From Sulfolobaceae archaeon (lineage in GTDB: Archaea > Thermoproteota > Thermoprotei_A > Sulfolobales > Sulfolobaceae): DNA of 64,000 bases. The translations under genes and the position numbers were made by a program. Below, one piece after another: positions 21,949 to 31,694 of this stretch (positions are counted from its first letter, which is position 1; each line of letters begins with the position of its first letter). The notes under the pieces were generated by a model. The model did no database searches. It was not told the origin of the DNA and was given only the letters and a program-made list of their open reading frames with translations. The DNA lies in NCBI GenBank assembly GCA_038893355.1, contig JAWARQ010000004.1, positions 122,577 to 186,576 on the forward strand. Direction: 5' to 3'.

Positions 21949-22677
21949 ATGGCTGGAAAGGTTTATATTATAGGGGCCGGTCCAGGAGATCCAGAGTTAC
22001 TTACTATAAAGGCTTATAAAATACTAAATAATGCTGATATCATAATTTATGACCGTTTAGTTAATAAGGAAATAATTAAAATGTTTGATAATGGTAAAAA
22101 GGAATTAGTTTATGTAGGTAAAGAATTAGGAGAATCCTTTCTTCAAGATAAAATTAATGAATTATTATATATAAAGGCGAAAGAAAATAAAATTGTCGCT
22201 AGACTAAAGGGCGGGGATCCCTATGTCTTAGGAAGAGGTGAGGAAGAATGTATGTATCTAATTGAGAGAGGTATTGAATGTGAGGTTGTGCCAGGAGTAA
22301 GTAGTGCGATAGCGGTTCCAGCTTATGCTGGTATTCCAGTCACAAGTAGATATTATTCTTCAGGGTTTACTGTTATTACTGGAACTACTATTGATGATAA
22401 CGTAATTTCTCACGATTACATTCCAGAGAAGGGTACTATTATAATTCTAATGGGCTTACATAAAATTACTGAAGTTAAGGAGGTATTACTTAAAAAGAGA
22501 AAACCTGATGAAGATATAGCAGTAATAGAGAACGGAACTTTACCTAATCAGAGAGTTATTTTAGGGAAATTGTATGAGCTTGATAAAATTATAAAGGAAA
22601 ATAGAGTAAATCCCCCGTCAATTATAGTTATTGGATCTGTAGTTAAACTAAGGGAAAAATTATGGAAGTATAAATAA
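21949..22677 (+). CDS. cobA: Uroporphyrinogen-III C-methyltransferase
   Basis: GAGPGDPELLT.KA, YDRLV, RLKGGDP...GRG.EE, VPGVSS. Confidence 0.95.
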   Translation: MAGKVYIIGAGPGDPELLTIKAYKILNNADIIIYDRLVNKEIIKMFDNGKKELVYVGKELGESFLQDKINELLYIKAKENKIVARLKGGDPYVLGRGEEECMYLIERGIECEVVPGVSSAIAVPAYAGIPVTSRYYSSGFTVITGTTIDDNVISHDYIPEKGTIIILMGLHKITEVKEVLLKKRKPDEDIAVIENGTLPNQRVILGKLYELDKIIKENRVNPPSIIVIGSVVKLREKLWKYK

Positions 22678-22743
22678 TATAAAAATAATAATAGAAAATT
22701 AGAGTAGGAGATATAAAAGCGAATAACGTATATAGCTACTGAG

Positions 22744-23580
22744 ATGTATCCACCAAAGTTTGGATATGTAATTCCAGACAATTTAAATGAAGCTCTGGAG
22801 TTCTTAGAATCTCATCAAGATGCTAGACCATTAGCTGGCGGGCATTCCTTAATTCCTATGCTAAAGTTAAGACTTATTAGACCATCTTATTTAGTAGAAA
22901 TTAGAAGGCTAAAAGAATTAAAATACATTAAATTAGAAGGTAATGAGTATAGGATTGGTGCATTATCTACGCATTATGAAATAAGTAAGGCGAATATACC
23001 GTTACTTAGTGAGACTGCGCTTCACATTGCTGATCCTCAAGTGAGAAATATGGGGACAATAGGGGGTAGTATTTCTCATGCAGATCCTGCAGCAGATTAT
23101 CCTGCGTCATTGATAGCTTTAAATGCTAAAGTCGTAGTAAAATCTACTAAAGGTTCGCGAGTTGTAGAATTTAAAGATTTCATAAAGGATATGTATACTC
23201 CAGATCTAAATCCAGGGGAATTAGTTACGGAAATAATAGTGCCTATTCCTAGAGATTATAAATTTAGCTATAAAAAGTTAGAGAGAAGGGCTGGAGATTT
23301 TGCTATTGTTGGTGTTGGTGTACTAGTAAAAATGAAGGGTGATGTAATTGATGATATTAAAGTAGGACTTACTGCAGTGAATAGAACACCTATTAGGGCG
23401 TATAAGACTGAAGAAGAGTTAAGAGGGAAGAGAGCTACTGTTGATGCTATAGAGAAAGCTGCGCAACTTGCTATAGAGTACGCAGATCCTAAATCTGATA
23501 TAAGAGGTTCCGCTGAATATAAAAAGGCTATGGTTAAAGTTATGACTAAGAGAGCAATTTTAGATGCAATATCTAGGTGA
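22744..23580 (+). CDS. cutB: Molybdo-flavoenzyme FAD (medium) subunit, glyceraldehyde/aldehyde oxidoreductase
   Basis: [23 protein letters not shown]...ADPAAD, RRAGDFA. Confidence 0.93.
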   Translation: MYPPKFGYVIPDNLNEALEFLESHQDARPLAGGHSLIPMLKLRLIRPSYLVEIRRLKELKYIKLEGNEYRIGALSTHYEISKANIPLLSETALHIADPQVRNMGTIGGSISHADPAADYPASLIALNAKVVVKSTKGSRVVEFKDFIKDMYTPDLNPGELVTEIIVPIPRDYKFSYKKLERRAGDFAIVGVGVLVKMKGDVIDDIKVGLTAVNRTPIRAYKTEEELRGKRATVDAIEKAAQLAIEYADPKSDIRGSAEYKKAMVKVMTKRAILDAISR

Positions 23581-24098
23581 GGGTTATGAAAGTATATGAA
23601 AAAGATCAAAAGGTTAAGGTAAAATTTAAGGTTAATAATGAAGAGCATGAAGTGGAAGTAGAGCCCAGAAGACTACTAGTACATGTCTTAAGAGATTTAG
23701 GATATACTAGTGTTCATATTGGCTGTGATACTACTAATTGCGGTGCTTGTACTATTATAATGAATGGGATGTCTGTTAAGTCTTGTACTGTACTAGCAGT
23801 TGAGGCTGATGGCTCTGAGATACTGACTTTAGAGGGTTTATCTAAGGACGGTAAGTTACATCCTATTCAAGAGGCTTTTTGGGAGAAGCATGCGTTACAA
23901 TGCGGTTATTGTACTCCAGGGATGATAATGCAAGCCTATTGGCTTCTTAAAGAAAAGCCGAATCCAACTGAAGATGAGATTAGATACTATTTATCTGGAA
24001 ACTTATGTAGGTGTACTGGTTATTTAAATATTATAGAGGCCGTGAAGTTAGCTTCTGAGAAACTAAGATTAAATCCTCTGGTGTATCAACGTCAATAA
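23577..24098 (+). CDS. cutC: Molybdo-flavoenzyme 2Fe-2S (small) subunit
   Basis: [28 protein letters not shown]. Confidence 0.93.
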   Translation: MRVMKVYEKDQKVKVKFKVNNEEHEVEVEPRRLLVHVLRDLGYTSVHIGCDTTNCGACTIIMNGMSVKSCTVLAVEADGSEILTLEGLSKDGKLHPIQEAFWEKHALQCGYCTPGMIMQAYWLLKEKPNPTEDEIRYYLSGNLCRCTGYLNIIEAVKLASEKLRLNPLVYQRQ

Positions 24099-24618
24099 CT
24101 ACTTCCTCACCACATTCAACTTTGCAAATTTCCTCTTTTTTTAAATTCTTAATTATATATCTAGCACCTATATCCCCAACTATTTTTTCAATTTCTTTAT
24201 ATAATTCCTTACCTATTAATACTGGATTACCAAAATTATCACCATATACTGGCACTACAGCTTTGCAATTATCGTAAGCATTAATTATCTTTTGAACTAT
24301 TTCTCTTGTTATTAATGGCATATCCCCTAAGGCAATTATCACACCATCATAGTTGTTAAAAAATCTTAAACCAAGCTTTAATGATGTACTCATTCCTTCC
24401 TTCCAAAAGGGATTATATATTATTATTTCAGAGGGAAAATTTTCTATTAAATCGCGGATATATTTTCCTCCAACTATTACTCTATCTAAACCTTCTAAAG
24501 CCTCTAAAACGTATTGAATTAACATCTTTCCTCCAACTTTTACAATTAGTTTGTTTCCTCCAAATCTTTTTCCCTCGCCGCCTGCAAGAACTATTGCACC
24601 AATGCGCATAAATATCAC
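24031..24618 (-). CDS. MocA-like molybdenum cofactor cytidylyltransferase
   Basis: [43 protein letters not shown]. Confidence 0.88.
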   Translation of the reverse strand: MIFMRIGAIVLAGGEGKRFGGNKLIVKVGGKMLIQYVLEALEGLDRVIVGGKYIRDLIENFPSEIIIYNPFWKEGMSTSLKLGLRFFNNYDGVIIALGDMPLITREIVQKIINAYDNCKAVVPVYGDNFGNPVLIGKELYKEIEKIVGDIGARYIIKNLKKEEICKVECGEEVVIDVDTPEDLILVSQKLTSRPL

Positions 24619-24636
24619 TAATTATTACTAAGTATT

Positions 24637-25074
24637 ATGAAGGTCGAGGGAGAATTAAAAATAAACTCAACACTTGAAGAAGTATGGAATTTTCTATCTA
24701 AACCAGAAGATGTTGCACAATGCTTCCCTGGAATAAAGAAGGTAGAGAAAATTCAAGAGAATGAATATAAAATAGAAGGCTCAACTGGAATTGGTTTTAT
24801 AAAGGGTGACTACAAAGCTAATGTTAAGTTCTTAAATATTACACCATTTAAGGGCTATACTATTCAGGCTAGAGGGACTGGATTAAACAGTAATGTAGAT
24901 ATCACTGCAAATATAGAATTACAGAATCAGACACCAATAATTTTAAAATATAATGGCGAGGTAAAAGTTGGTGGTATTTTAGCTTCAATAGGGGCTAGAT
25001 TAATGGATTCTGCTGTCCAGAAGATATTACAAGATTTATTCGATTGTATAAGAAATAGAATAGAAAGGAAGTAA
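24637..25074 (+). CDS. CoxG/SRPBCC family protein
   Basis: VWNFL..PE.V..C.PG, GG.LASIGARL; next to cutBC. Confidence 0.85.
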   Translation: MKVEGELKINSTLEEVWNFLSKPEDVAQCFPGIKKVEKIQENEYKIEGSTGIGFIKGDYKANVKFLNITPFKGYTIQARGTGLNSNVDITANIELQNQTPIILKYNGEVKVGGILASIGARLMDSAVQKILQDLFDCIRNRIERK

Positions 25075-25082
25075 ATAGTATT

Positions 25083-26651
25083 TTATTGAATAATTTCTGT
25101 CACAACTCCAATTCCTCTAGTTCTTCCCTCTCTAAATAAAAATACTTGCCCTATCTCAATATATTCTGGACTATAAAGGAACTTTAGCTCAACCTCGCTA
25201 GAGTCTCCTGTCCTCAAAACTCCTCTAGATATCTTTTCAAACCTAGCAGCCTGCCTAATTGTGTATAAATGTAATGTAGCCACATAACCTTCTCTGATAG
25301 TAGTAGGGTGATGAAGTACCAGAACTTTTGCTTTAAATCTCGAAACTGAAGTAGGCTTTCCCTTAATTATTACCATGCCTTTCCTCAGAGAGTCTTTTTG
25401 TAAGCCTTGTATTGCAAATGTAGCTATTGTTCCCTTATCAGTTTTATCCACAAATACCCTATTAACTTGAATACTCTTTATCCTAGCATTCATAAATTCT
25501 CCTGTTCTTGTAGGTCCCACAAATACATTATCGTTTACTGCTATAGTACCTCTTGTAACTATTCCTAATACAACTGTTCCTACACCAGATACATTATATA
25601 TCTCGTCTATGTAAACTAATGGTTCATTTCTTTTTTCTATTTTCTTTTTAGGCTTTAATAAATTTAAAAAATTTATTAATAAATTTAATCCTTCTCCAGT
25701 CGTATTTGATACTCTAAATATAGGAACTACGCGCTTTGTATTTATTATCATAGAAGCTGTGGATATATCATCCTCAGAATTTATTATCATTGGTATTCTA
25801 TTTATCCCGGGTATTCTTAGTACATTACGTATTGATTCTATAATTTCATTTATTCTTTCATTAGGGTATTTATCTATTTTAGTAATGACTATTATAATGG
25901 GAAATTTAAGAATAGAAGCTACTGCAAGATGTTCTTTACCCATTGTGCTTAGCCCGTCATCTGCACCTACTACTAGCATTACATAGTCAATTTCGTATCC
26001 TAATAAGCCCTTTAATGTCGTCCTCAAATACCTCTCATGGCCTCCTAAATCAATTAACCTTATTATCTTACTGCTCCTTAGCATAACTTCCGCTTCATCT
26101 AACGGATCCTTAATAGACCAGTTTACAATACTCCCCTTATCATCAAATCCTATAACTCTTACAGTTACTGACGAAGTTCTACCTGATATTACTTCATGGA
26201 GATGTCTCGCAACTTGACTTCTTAAACTCCCATTTCCGTCATCTAATTTTCCAAAAAGTAATACACCAGTTAATGTACTCTTACCAGCGTTTACATGTCC
26301 CATTACCGCAATATTAGCTTGTAGCGGTATTTTATCCCTGTGTAGTCTAATCAATACTTCTGCTATAAACCTATCTTTTTTAATTTCGCTTATCCTCTTG
26401 TATACTATCTTTGCGTCAACTAATGAGCATATTTTTTCTAAATTTGAAAGGCTCAATTCTAATTCCTCCTTACTTATACCAACTGCTTCTCCGTCATTAC
26501 TAACACCAATAATATAGAATGCTTCTCCACCGCCCTCTTCTATCCTATACTTTAATTGAGTAGCTAATTCTTGCAGTCTATCTTCTGAGGATCCAGATAT
26601 TAATAGCTTATACTCAATATTCCCTTGATCTTCCTCTTTGGGATATTTCAT
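25083..26651 (-). CDS. GTPBP1-family translational GTPase
   Basis: EEDQGNIEYK, GHVNAGKST, RHLHE..SGRTSS, DLGGHERY, TKID, LHHPTTI, FREGRTRG. Confidence 0.93.
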   Translation of the reverse strand: MKYPKEEDQGNIEYKLLISGSSEDRLQELATQLKYRIEEGGGEAFYIIGVSNDGEAVGISKEELELSLSNLEKICSLVDAKIVYKRISEIKKDRFIAEVLIRLHRDKIPLQANIAVMGHVNAGKSTLTGVLLFGKLDDGNGSLRSQVARHLHEVISGRTSSVTVRVIGFDDKGSIVNWSIKDPLDEAEVMLRSSKIIRLIDLGGHERYLRTTLKGLLGYEIDYVMLVVGADDGLSTMGKEHLAVASILKFPIIIVITKIDKYPNERINEIIESIRNVLRIPGINRIPMIINSEDDISTASMIINTKRVVPIFRVSNTTGEGLNLLINFLNLLKPKKKIEKRNEPLVYIDEIYNVSGVGTVVLGIVTRGTIAVNDNVFVGPTRTGEFMNARIKSIQVNRVFVDKTDKGTIATFAIQGLQKDSLRKGMVIIKGKPTSVSRFKAKVLVLHHPTTIREGYVATLHLYTIRQAARFEKISRGVLRTGDSSEVELKFLYSPEYIEIGQVFLFREGRTRGIGVVTEIIQ

Positions 26652-26698
26652 TCCATTTGTGTAAAACTCTAAAGTTTAGGCATATAAAATATTCTTTT

Positions 26699-27163
26699 GT
26701 GGAACCAATATTACTATCTGAGGAAATTTTAAGATGTCCTTTATGTAATAGTGAACTTTCCCATAAATCATATGTATATGATTCTGGAATAACTGGATTA
26801 TTACTAATAGAGATTTTTGAATGTAAGGTTTGCGGTTTCAGAATTAGGGATGTAAAACCATTCGAGGTAAAAGGTAAAGTGAGGATTGAATATAAAGTTA
26901 AGAGCCCTGAAGATATTAACTTAATAGTTTATAGATCAGCTTATGCTAAAATTTCTATTCCAGAACTTGGTATTGAGATTGAGTCAATAGATTCTAAGGG
27001 AGTAATAACTACTATAGAGGGAATTTTTGAAGAGATATTGGAGAGGATAGGTAATGAAATTGGTGAAAAGAAGGTTGAAATTGAAAAGGCTATGAAGGGT
27101 GAAATAGAGTATACTATAATTATAGAAGACCCAATGGGTCAAAGTTTTATTAGAAAAATTTAG
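26699..27163 (+). CDS. ZPR1 zinc-finger protein (GTG at 26699 is a more plausible start than 26657)
   Basis: CPLC...CKVCGFR, IPELGIEI, G.ITTIEG, IEDPMGQS. Confidence 0.88.
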   Translation: MEPILLSEEILRCPLCNSELSHKSYVYDSGITGLLLIEIFECKVCGFRIRDVKPFEVKGKVRIEYKVKSPEDINLIVYRSAYAKISIPELGIEIESIDSKGVITTIEGIFEEILERIGNEIGEKKVEIEKAMKGEIEYTIIIEDPMGQSFIRKI

Positions 27164-27185
27164 CATATAAAATAATATTTAAAAA

Positions 27186-27698
27186 TTATTCAATTTTTAT
27201 TTCAGTACCCTTCTCAGAAACACTCTTCTTCTTTAGTACAACATCTAAAACTCCATTTTTATACGTAGCTTTTGCTAACTTCTCATCAACTTCAGCAGGT
27301 AATTCAATCTCCTTATAATACTTTCTTTCCTCAGATTGTGCTTGTATTATGAGCTTATTACCGTTAACAACTCTTAGCTTAATATTATTCTTATCAACTC
27401 CAGGAAGTTCGGCTACAACTCTTATCTCATCTTCACGTTCTATAACGTCAACTAGAGGTTCTCTTTCTTCAGAAATTATTGGCCTTCCTCTACTTCTCTT
27501 TACATTTCCAAATTCCTCCACTACTGGCTTTCCATCTGGACCTACTGTTATCCTAAAACCATATACGTATGGCCCAAATTGTTTTCCTTCTTTAAACATC
27601 TTTTCAAATTCCTTCTCCATTTCTCTAAACTCTTCCTCAAATTGTCTCATCATATCTTCCATAAAGTCAAATATGTCTCTAAATCTTCTAGTTGGCAT
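27186..27698 (-). CDS. hsp20: Small heat shock protein
   Basis: GPYVYGFRITVGPDGKP..EEFGN, EPLVDV, AELPGV, YKNGVL. Confidence 0.93.
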   Translation of the reverse strand: MPTRRFRDIFDFMEDMMRQFEEEFREMEKEFEKMFKEGKQFGPYVYGFRITVGPDGKPVVEEFGNVKRSRGRPIISEEREPLVDVIEREDEIRVVAELPGVDKNNIKLRVVNGNKLIIQAQSEERKYYKEIELPAEVDEKLAKATYKNGVLDVVLKKKSVSEKGTEIKIE

Positions 27699-27733
27699 AG
27701 TATATTTTTTAAAAATCAGAATTAAAAAGCTAT

Positions 27734-28150
27734 CTAACTAGCTTCTACTAACTCTATCAATACTCCGAAGAAACTTTTAGGATGAATGAAAGAAACTAAA
27801 TACCCTCTAGCACCTTTTCTAGGCTCTTTATCAATCACCTCAAATCCGTGCTTTACTAATTCGTCTATAATCTTTTTTATGTTGGATACCCTTACTGCAA
27901 CATGATGAAGACCTTGACCTCTATTCTTAAGGAACCTTACTACGGGGTTAGTTAAATCATTCTTATCTATTGGCTCAATTAATTCAATTAGTGTAGAATT
28001 TCCTCTATTTATGGATAGAAAGGCTACTTTAATTCCTCTCTCACTTAGAATTTCTTCGTGAATTATATTAAATCCAAGTTTAGTATAGACTTTAATTGCC
28101 TCTTTAATGTCTTCTACTACTATCCCTATATGATCTATTTCTTGTAGCAT
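27734..28150 (-). CDS. mce: Methylmalonyl-CoA epimerase
   Basis: IDHIGI, IELIEP, GLHHVA, FIHPK..GVLIELVE; divergent from mutase. Confidence 0.92.
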   Translation of the reverse strand: MLQEIDHIGIVVEDIKEAIKVYTKLGFNIIHEEILSERGIKVAFLSINRGNSTLIELIEPIDKNDLTNPVVRFLKNRGQGLHHVAVRVSNIKKIIDELVKHGFEVIDKEPRKGARGYLVSFIHPKSFFGVLIELVEAS

Positions 28151-28239
28151 ATAGGAAACTAAAAGTTCATAAATAAATAGTTTAGATAAAATCTATTGTT
28201 CTGAAAGTATTTATTATACGACTTAAACTATTTATATCA

Positions 28240-29913
28240 ATGGAAAGAGAAGAAAAGATAAAGGAAAAGCTTAAAGAATGGGAAGAAAGTACATTAAAGG
28301 AATATCTATCGAGGAGAAAGGAGAGAAAAGAGAGATTTCTCACCTATTCTGGAATTGAGGTAAAGAGAATATATACACCATTAGACTGGAATAAAGATTA
28401 TATTGAAAAGTTAGGCTTCCCTGGAGAATATCCATTTACAAGGGGTATATATCCGACGATGTATAGGGGGAGATTATGGACAATTAGGCAATATGCTGGT
28501 TACGGTTCTGCAGAAGATACTAATACTAGGTTTAAGAAATTACTAATGGCAGGACAAACTGGTTTAAGCATGGCATTTGATCTCCCTACACAATTAGGCT
28601 TAGATCCTGACAACGAGATCGCATATCCAGAAGTTGGAGCGGTAGGTGTTTCAATGTTTCATTGGAAAGAAATGGATTTAGTAATGGATGGTATACCTAT
28701 AGATAAAGTTACAACATCTATGACGATTAATGCTACTGCAATTGAAGTTCTCTCTATGTATATTGCTACTGCAGAGAATAGAGGCATAGATATTAAACAA
28801 TTAGACGGAACGGTGCAAAATGATATTTTGAAGGAGTACATAGCTAGGAAGAATTATATATATCCACCGGAACCCGCATTACGGTATGCAATTGATCTGA
28901 TAGCATTCTCTTCAAAGAATATACCTAAGTGGCATCCTATTAGCATAAGTGGCTATCATATAAGGGAAGCTGGTGGTGATGCTATATTAGAAGTTGCACT
29001 AACCCTTGCTGATGGTATTGAATATGTAAGGAAAACGATAGAGAGGGGCATTAGTGTCGATGAGTTCGCGCCTAAATTATCTTTCTTCTTTGCAGCGTAT
29101 ACTAATTTATTTGAAGAAGTAGCAAAATTTAGGGCTGCTAGGAGAATGTGGGCAAAGATAATGAAGGATTGGTTTAATGCAAAGTCTAAAGAATCTATGA
29201 TGTTAAGATTTCATACCCAAACTGGTGGTGCGGAGCTAACTGCGCAACAACCAGAAATTAATATCATAAGAACTACTTTACAAGCCCTTGCTGCAGTATT
29301 AGGTGGTACTCAAAGTCTCCACGTTAATTCATTTGACGAAGCATTAGCTTTGCCTACTGAAAAATCAGCTAAAATTGCTATAAGGGTTCAGCAAATTCTT
29401 GCTTATGAAAGTGGAGTTGCAGATGTAATAGACCCCCTTGCAGGTTCTTATTATGTTGAATGGTTAACGGATGAAATCGAGGAAAGGGCATGGAGGATAA
29501 TATATGATATTGAAAAACTTGGTGGAATGTTAAAGGCGATAGAGAAGGGTTATCCTCAGTCGTTAATAGCTGAAAGCGCATATAAGATCCAGAAGAGGAT
29601 TGAAGAGGGTGATATAGTAAAGGTTGGTGTAAATATGTTCTATGAGCCAGATTGGGTAGGCAATGTTGAAATTTTTAGATTAGATCCTAAATCTAAGGAG
29701 AGAATACTGGAAAGGCTTAAGAAATATAAGAGTGAGAGGGATGAAATTAAAGTAAGAGATTCTCTAAATGAATTAAGAAAAGTTGCGGAAAAGGAAGATG
29801 TAAATATATTTCCCTACATACTTGAAAGTATAAAAAGAGGGTGCACAATTGGTGAAATTAGTGGTGTATTAAGAGAAGTATGGGGTGTATATAATGAACC
29901 TATTGTTTTTTAA
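28240..29913 (+). CDS. Methylmalonyl-CoA mutase, large (catalytic) subunit
   Basis: PGEYPFTRG, WTIRQYAG, GTVQNDILKEY, SISGYHIREAG, RFHTQT, GGTQSLH; no B12-binding domain. Confidence 0.95.
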   Translation: MEREEKIKEKLKEWEESTLKEYLSRRKERKERFLTYSGIEVKRIYTPLDWNKDYIEKLGFPGEYPFTRGIYPTMYRGRLWTIRQYAGYGSAEDTNTRFKKLLMAGQTGLSMAFDLPTQLGLDPDNEIAYPEVGAVGVSMFHWKEMDLVMDGIPIDKVTTSMTINATAIEVLSMYIATAENRGIDIKQLDGTVQNDILKEYIARKNYIYPPEPALRYAIDLIAFSSKNIPKWHPISISGYHIREAGGDAILEVALTLADGIEYVRKTIERGISVDEFAPKLSFFFAAYTNLFEEVAKFRAARRMWAKIMKDWFNAKSKESMMLRFHTQTGGAELTAQQPEINIIRTTLQALAAVLGGTQSLHVNSFDEALALPTEKSAKIAIRVQQILAYESGVADVIDPLAGSYYVEWLTDEIEERAWRIIYDIEKLGGMLKAIEKGYPQSLIAESAYKIQKRIEEGDIVKVGVNMFYEPDWVGNVEIFRLDPKSKERILERLKKYKSERDEIKVRDSLNELRKVAEKEDVNIFPYILESIKRGCTIGEISGVLREVWGVYNEPIVF

Positions 29914-30436
29914 TTTTCTTCATTAGTTCAAAGAATTTCTCTTTCTTCTCTACTGGAGCTTCCGGTCTTTCCCTTACTACCTCCCACTTATCCCAAGGAA
30001 ATATTATCCATTTATCGATTATAATATTATAATAATTTGGATATTTTTTAGACCATGGTTTTACATACAGTGTTGCAGTCCTCACGTCAGAAGGGTTAAA
30101 GAATCTTACTAATTGTTCCACTACCTCAAGTGTCGTACCAGTATCTGCAACGTCATCTACTATTAATACCTTCTTCTTTTCTAAGTTATCTATATATATA
30201 CCCTTAAGTAATGGTTTTGTGTCAGTACTTCTAATGCCCTTATAAAATTTAATTTCAATGTATCTAATATTCTTTACGTCTAGAAGATCAGACAATAGTT
30301 TAGCTGGTATTAACCCCCCAGTTAATATTGCGACTATAGTATCTGGTAAATAATCTTCTTCTATCATTTTACTAGCTATTTCGAATATACTCTCTTCAAT
30401 TTCCTCCCATGTTGCAATATGGAACTCAACCATCAA
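29900..30436 (-). CDS. Purine phosphoribosyltransferase (type I PRT)
   Basis: VLIVDDVADTGTTL, WIIFPW. Confidence 0.9.
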   Translation of the reverse strand: MMVEFHIATWEEIEESIFEIASKMIEEDYLPDTIVAILTGGLIPAKLLSDLLDVKNIRYIEIKFYKGIRSTDTKPLLKGIYIDNLEKKKVLIVDDVADTGTTLEVVEQLVRFFNPSDVRTATLYVKPWSKKYPNYYNIIIDKWIIFPWDKWEVVRERPEAPVEKKEKFFELMKKIKKQ

Positions 30437-31538
30437 TTACCACCAATGGTATTTCTATTTCGTCTTTAGTTAGACCACTATGATGCCCTTTAAGTTTAAC
30501 TACTTCTTCTTTCTCTTTATAAATATAAATATAGATTTGATTATCAATAGGAGTAGCAATAAAGTCTGGAAGACTATCAATAATTTTTTCGTTAATTTTC
30601 CCTAATAATCCATTATTTATATATTCGATCTTAGATAAAATATAAAGATTATCATATTTTCTTTGAATATAGGTCTTTATATCATATCTTGTTCTAAAAA
30701 ATATTGCTCTAGAGTCACCATAAGGTGGAATTTCTAATAAGGACAATAGTTCAGTATCATCATTGAACAAATTCAACTTACTAGACTCAATATGACCGTG
30801 GTCTGCTGTGATTATGAATGTATACTTATCCTTATATTTATTTGATTTAGTATATACTATATTAAAAATATCCCTAATTGCCTCAATTACTGGTTCAGAA
30901 CTTGGCCCATATATATGGGCTAATGTATCAACGTCTGGTATATAGAGATATAATAAATCAAAATTACCTGATGCTAATAGTTGGATAAATTGATACATGC
31001 AGTCCCACAAATTTACATAAACTTTCGTTTCATGAGTCTTATGAACCATGTTAGTGAATTCAGTATTTTCTATACCCTTAGGCAAAATCGATACTAGCTT
31101 CTTATCCTTTACTTCGAGAAAATAACTCTTAACTTCAGTGAATACTTTAGTTAATGGTAAGCCATCTTTTAACGTATCTCTACCATGTTCTGCTGGATGT
31201 GTATATCTTAAAGTATTAACTATACTACCTAACCTTTTAGAGTATGTTACATAACCTAATAATCCATGCTCCCCTGGGGTCATTGCAGTAAATAATGTCG
31301 TAAGTGCGGTAGATGTAGTAGATGGAAAGACCGAATTTATTTTAATTGCATTATTTAGTAATACCCCTGCATTTTCCATCATTTTCCATCCTAATCCATC
31401 AATGAGAATCAATACAAGTTTATTTTTAGATATTTGAACGAGATCGTTATATAAGCACTTCCTATCTACCCCAAGAAATTTTGCTATAGCACAGCCTAAA
31501 GTATATAGAGAATTTTGATAATTTGGCACATTATCCAT
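30426..31538 (-). CDS. Alkaline phosphatase superfamily nucleotide pyrophosphatase/phosphodiesterase
   Basis: LIDGLG, FPSTT, D..AH..GP, TADHG, GHHSG. Confidence 0.88.
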   Translation of the reverse strand: MDNVPNYQNSLYTLGCAIAKFLGVDRKCLYNDLVQISKNKLVLILIDGLGWKMMENAGVLLNNAIKINSVFPSTTSTALTTLFTAMTPGEHGLLGYVTYSKRLGSIVNTLRYTHPAEHGRDTLKDGLPLTKVFTEVKSYFLEVKDKKLVSILPKGIENTEFTNMVHKTHETKVYVNLWDCMYQFIQLLASGNFDLLYLYIPDVDTLAHIYGPSSEPVIEAIRDIFNIVYTKSNKYKDKYTFIITADHGHIESSKLNLFNDDTELLSLLEIPPYGDSRAIFFRTRYDIKTYIQRKYDNLYILSKIEYINNGLLGKINEKIIDSLPDFIATPIDNQIYIYIYKEKEEVVKLKGHHSGLTKDEIEIPLVVIDG

Positions 31539-31577
31539 TTCGATAATTCTTATTTACTAGACATTAAATTTAACTCT

Positions 31578-31694
31578 ATGAGCTCTCAAGAACTACTTAT
31601 ACTATTCTCTTATATTGCAATGGGCTTAGCGGGGATAGGATTAGTTATTTCGATAATTATTTATTTATTATCCTCAAGGCGAAAGAAGAAATAA
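31578..31694 (+). CDS. 38-aa single-pass membrane protein (not in ORF track)
   Basis: MSSQELLILFSYIAMGLAGIGLVISIIIYLLSSRRKKK; TAA overlaps next ATG (TAATG). Confidence 0.7.
   Translation: MSSQELLILFSYIAMGLAGIGLVISIIIYLLSSRRKKK

Noticed and set aside
26657-26698. ZPR1 N-terminal extension from TTG 26657
   Set aside because: Leaves 5 bp between divergent starts; the stretch looks like promoter sequence and GTG 26699 fits better
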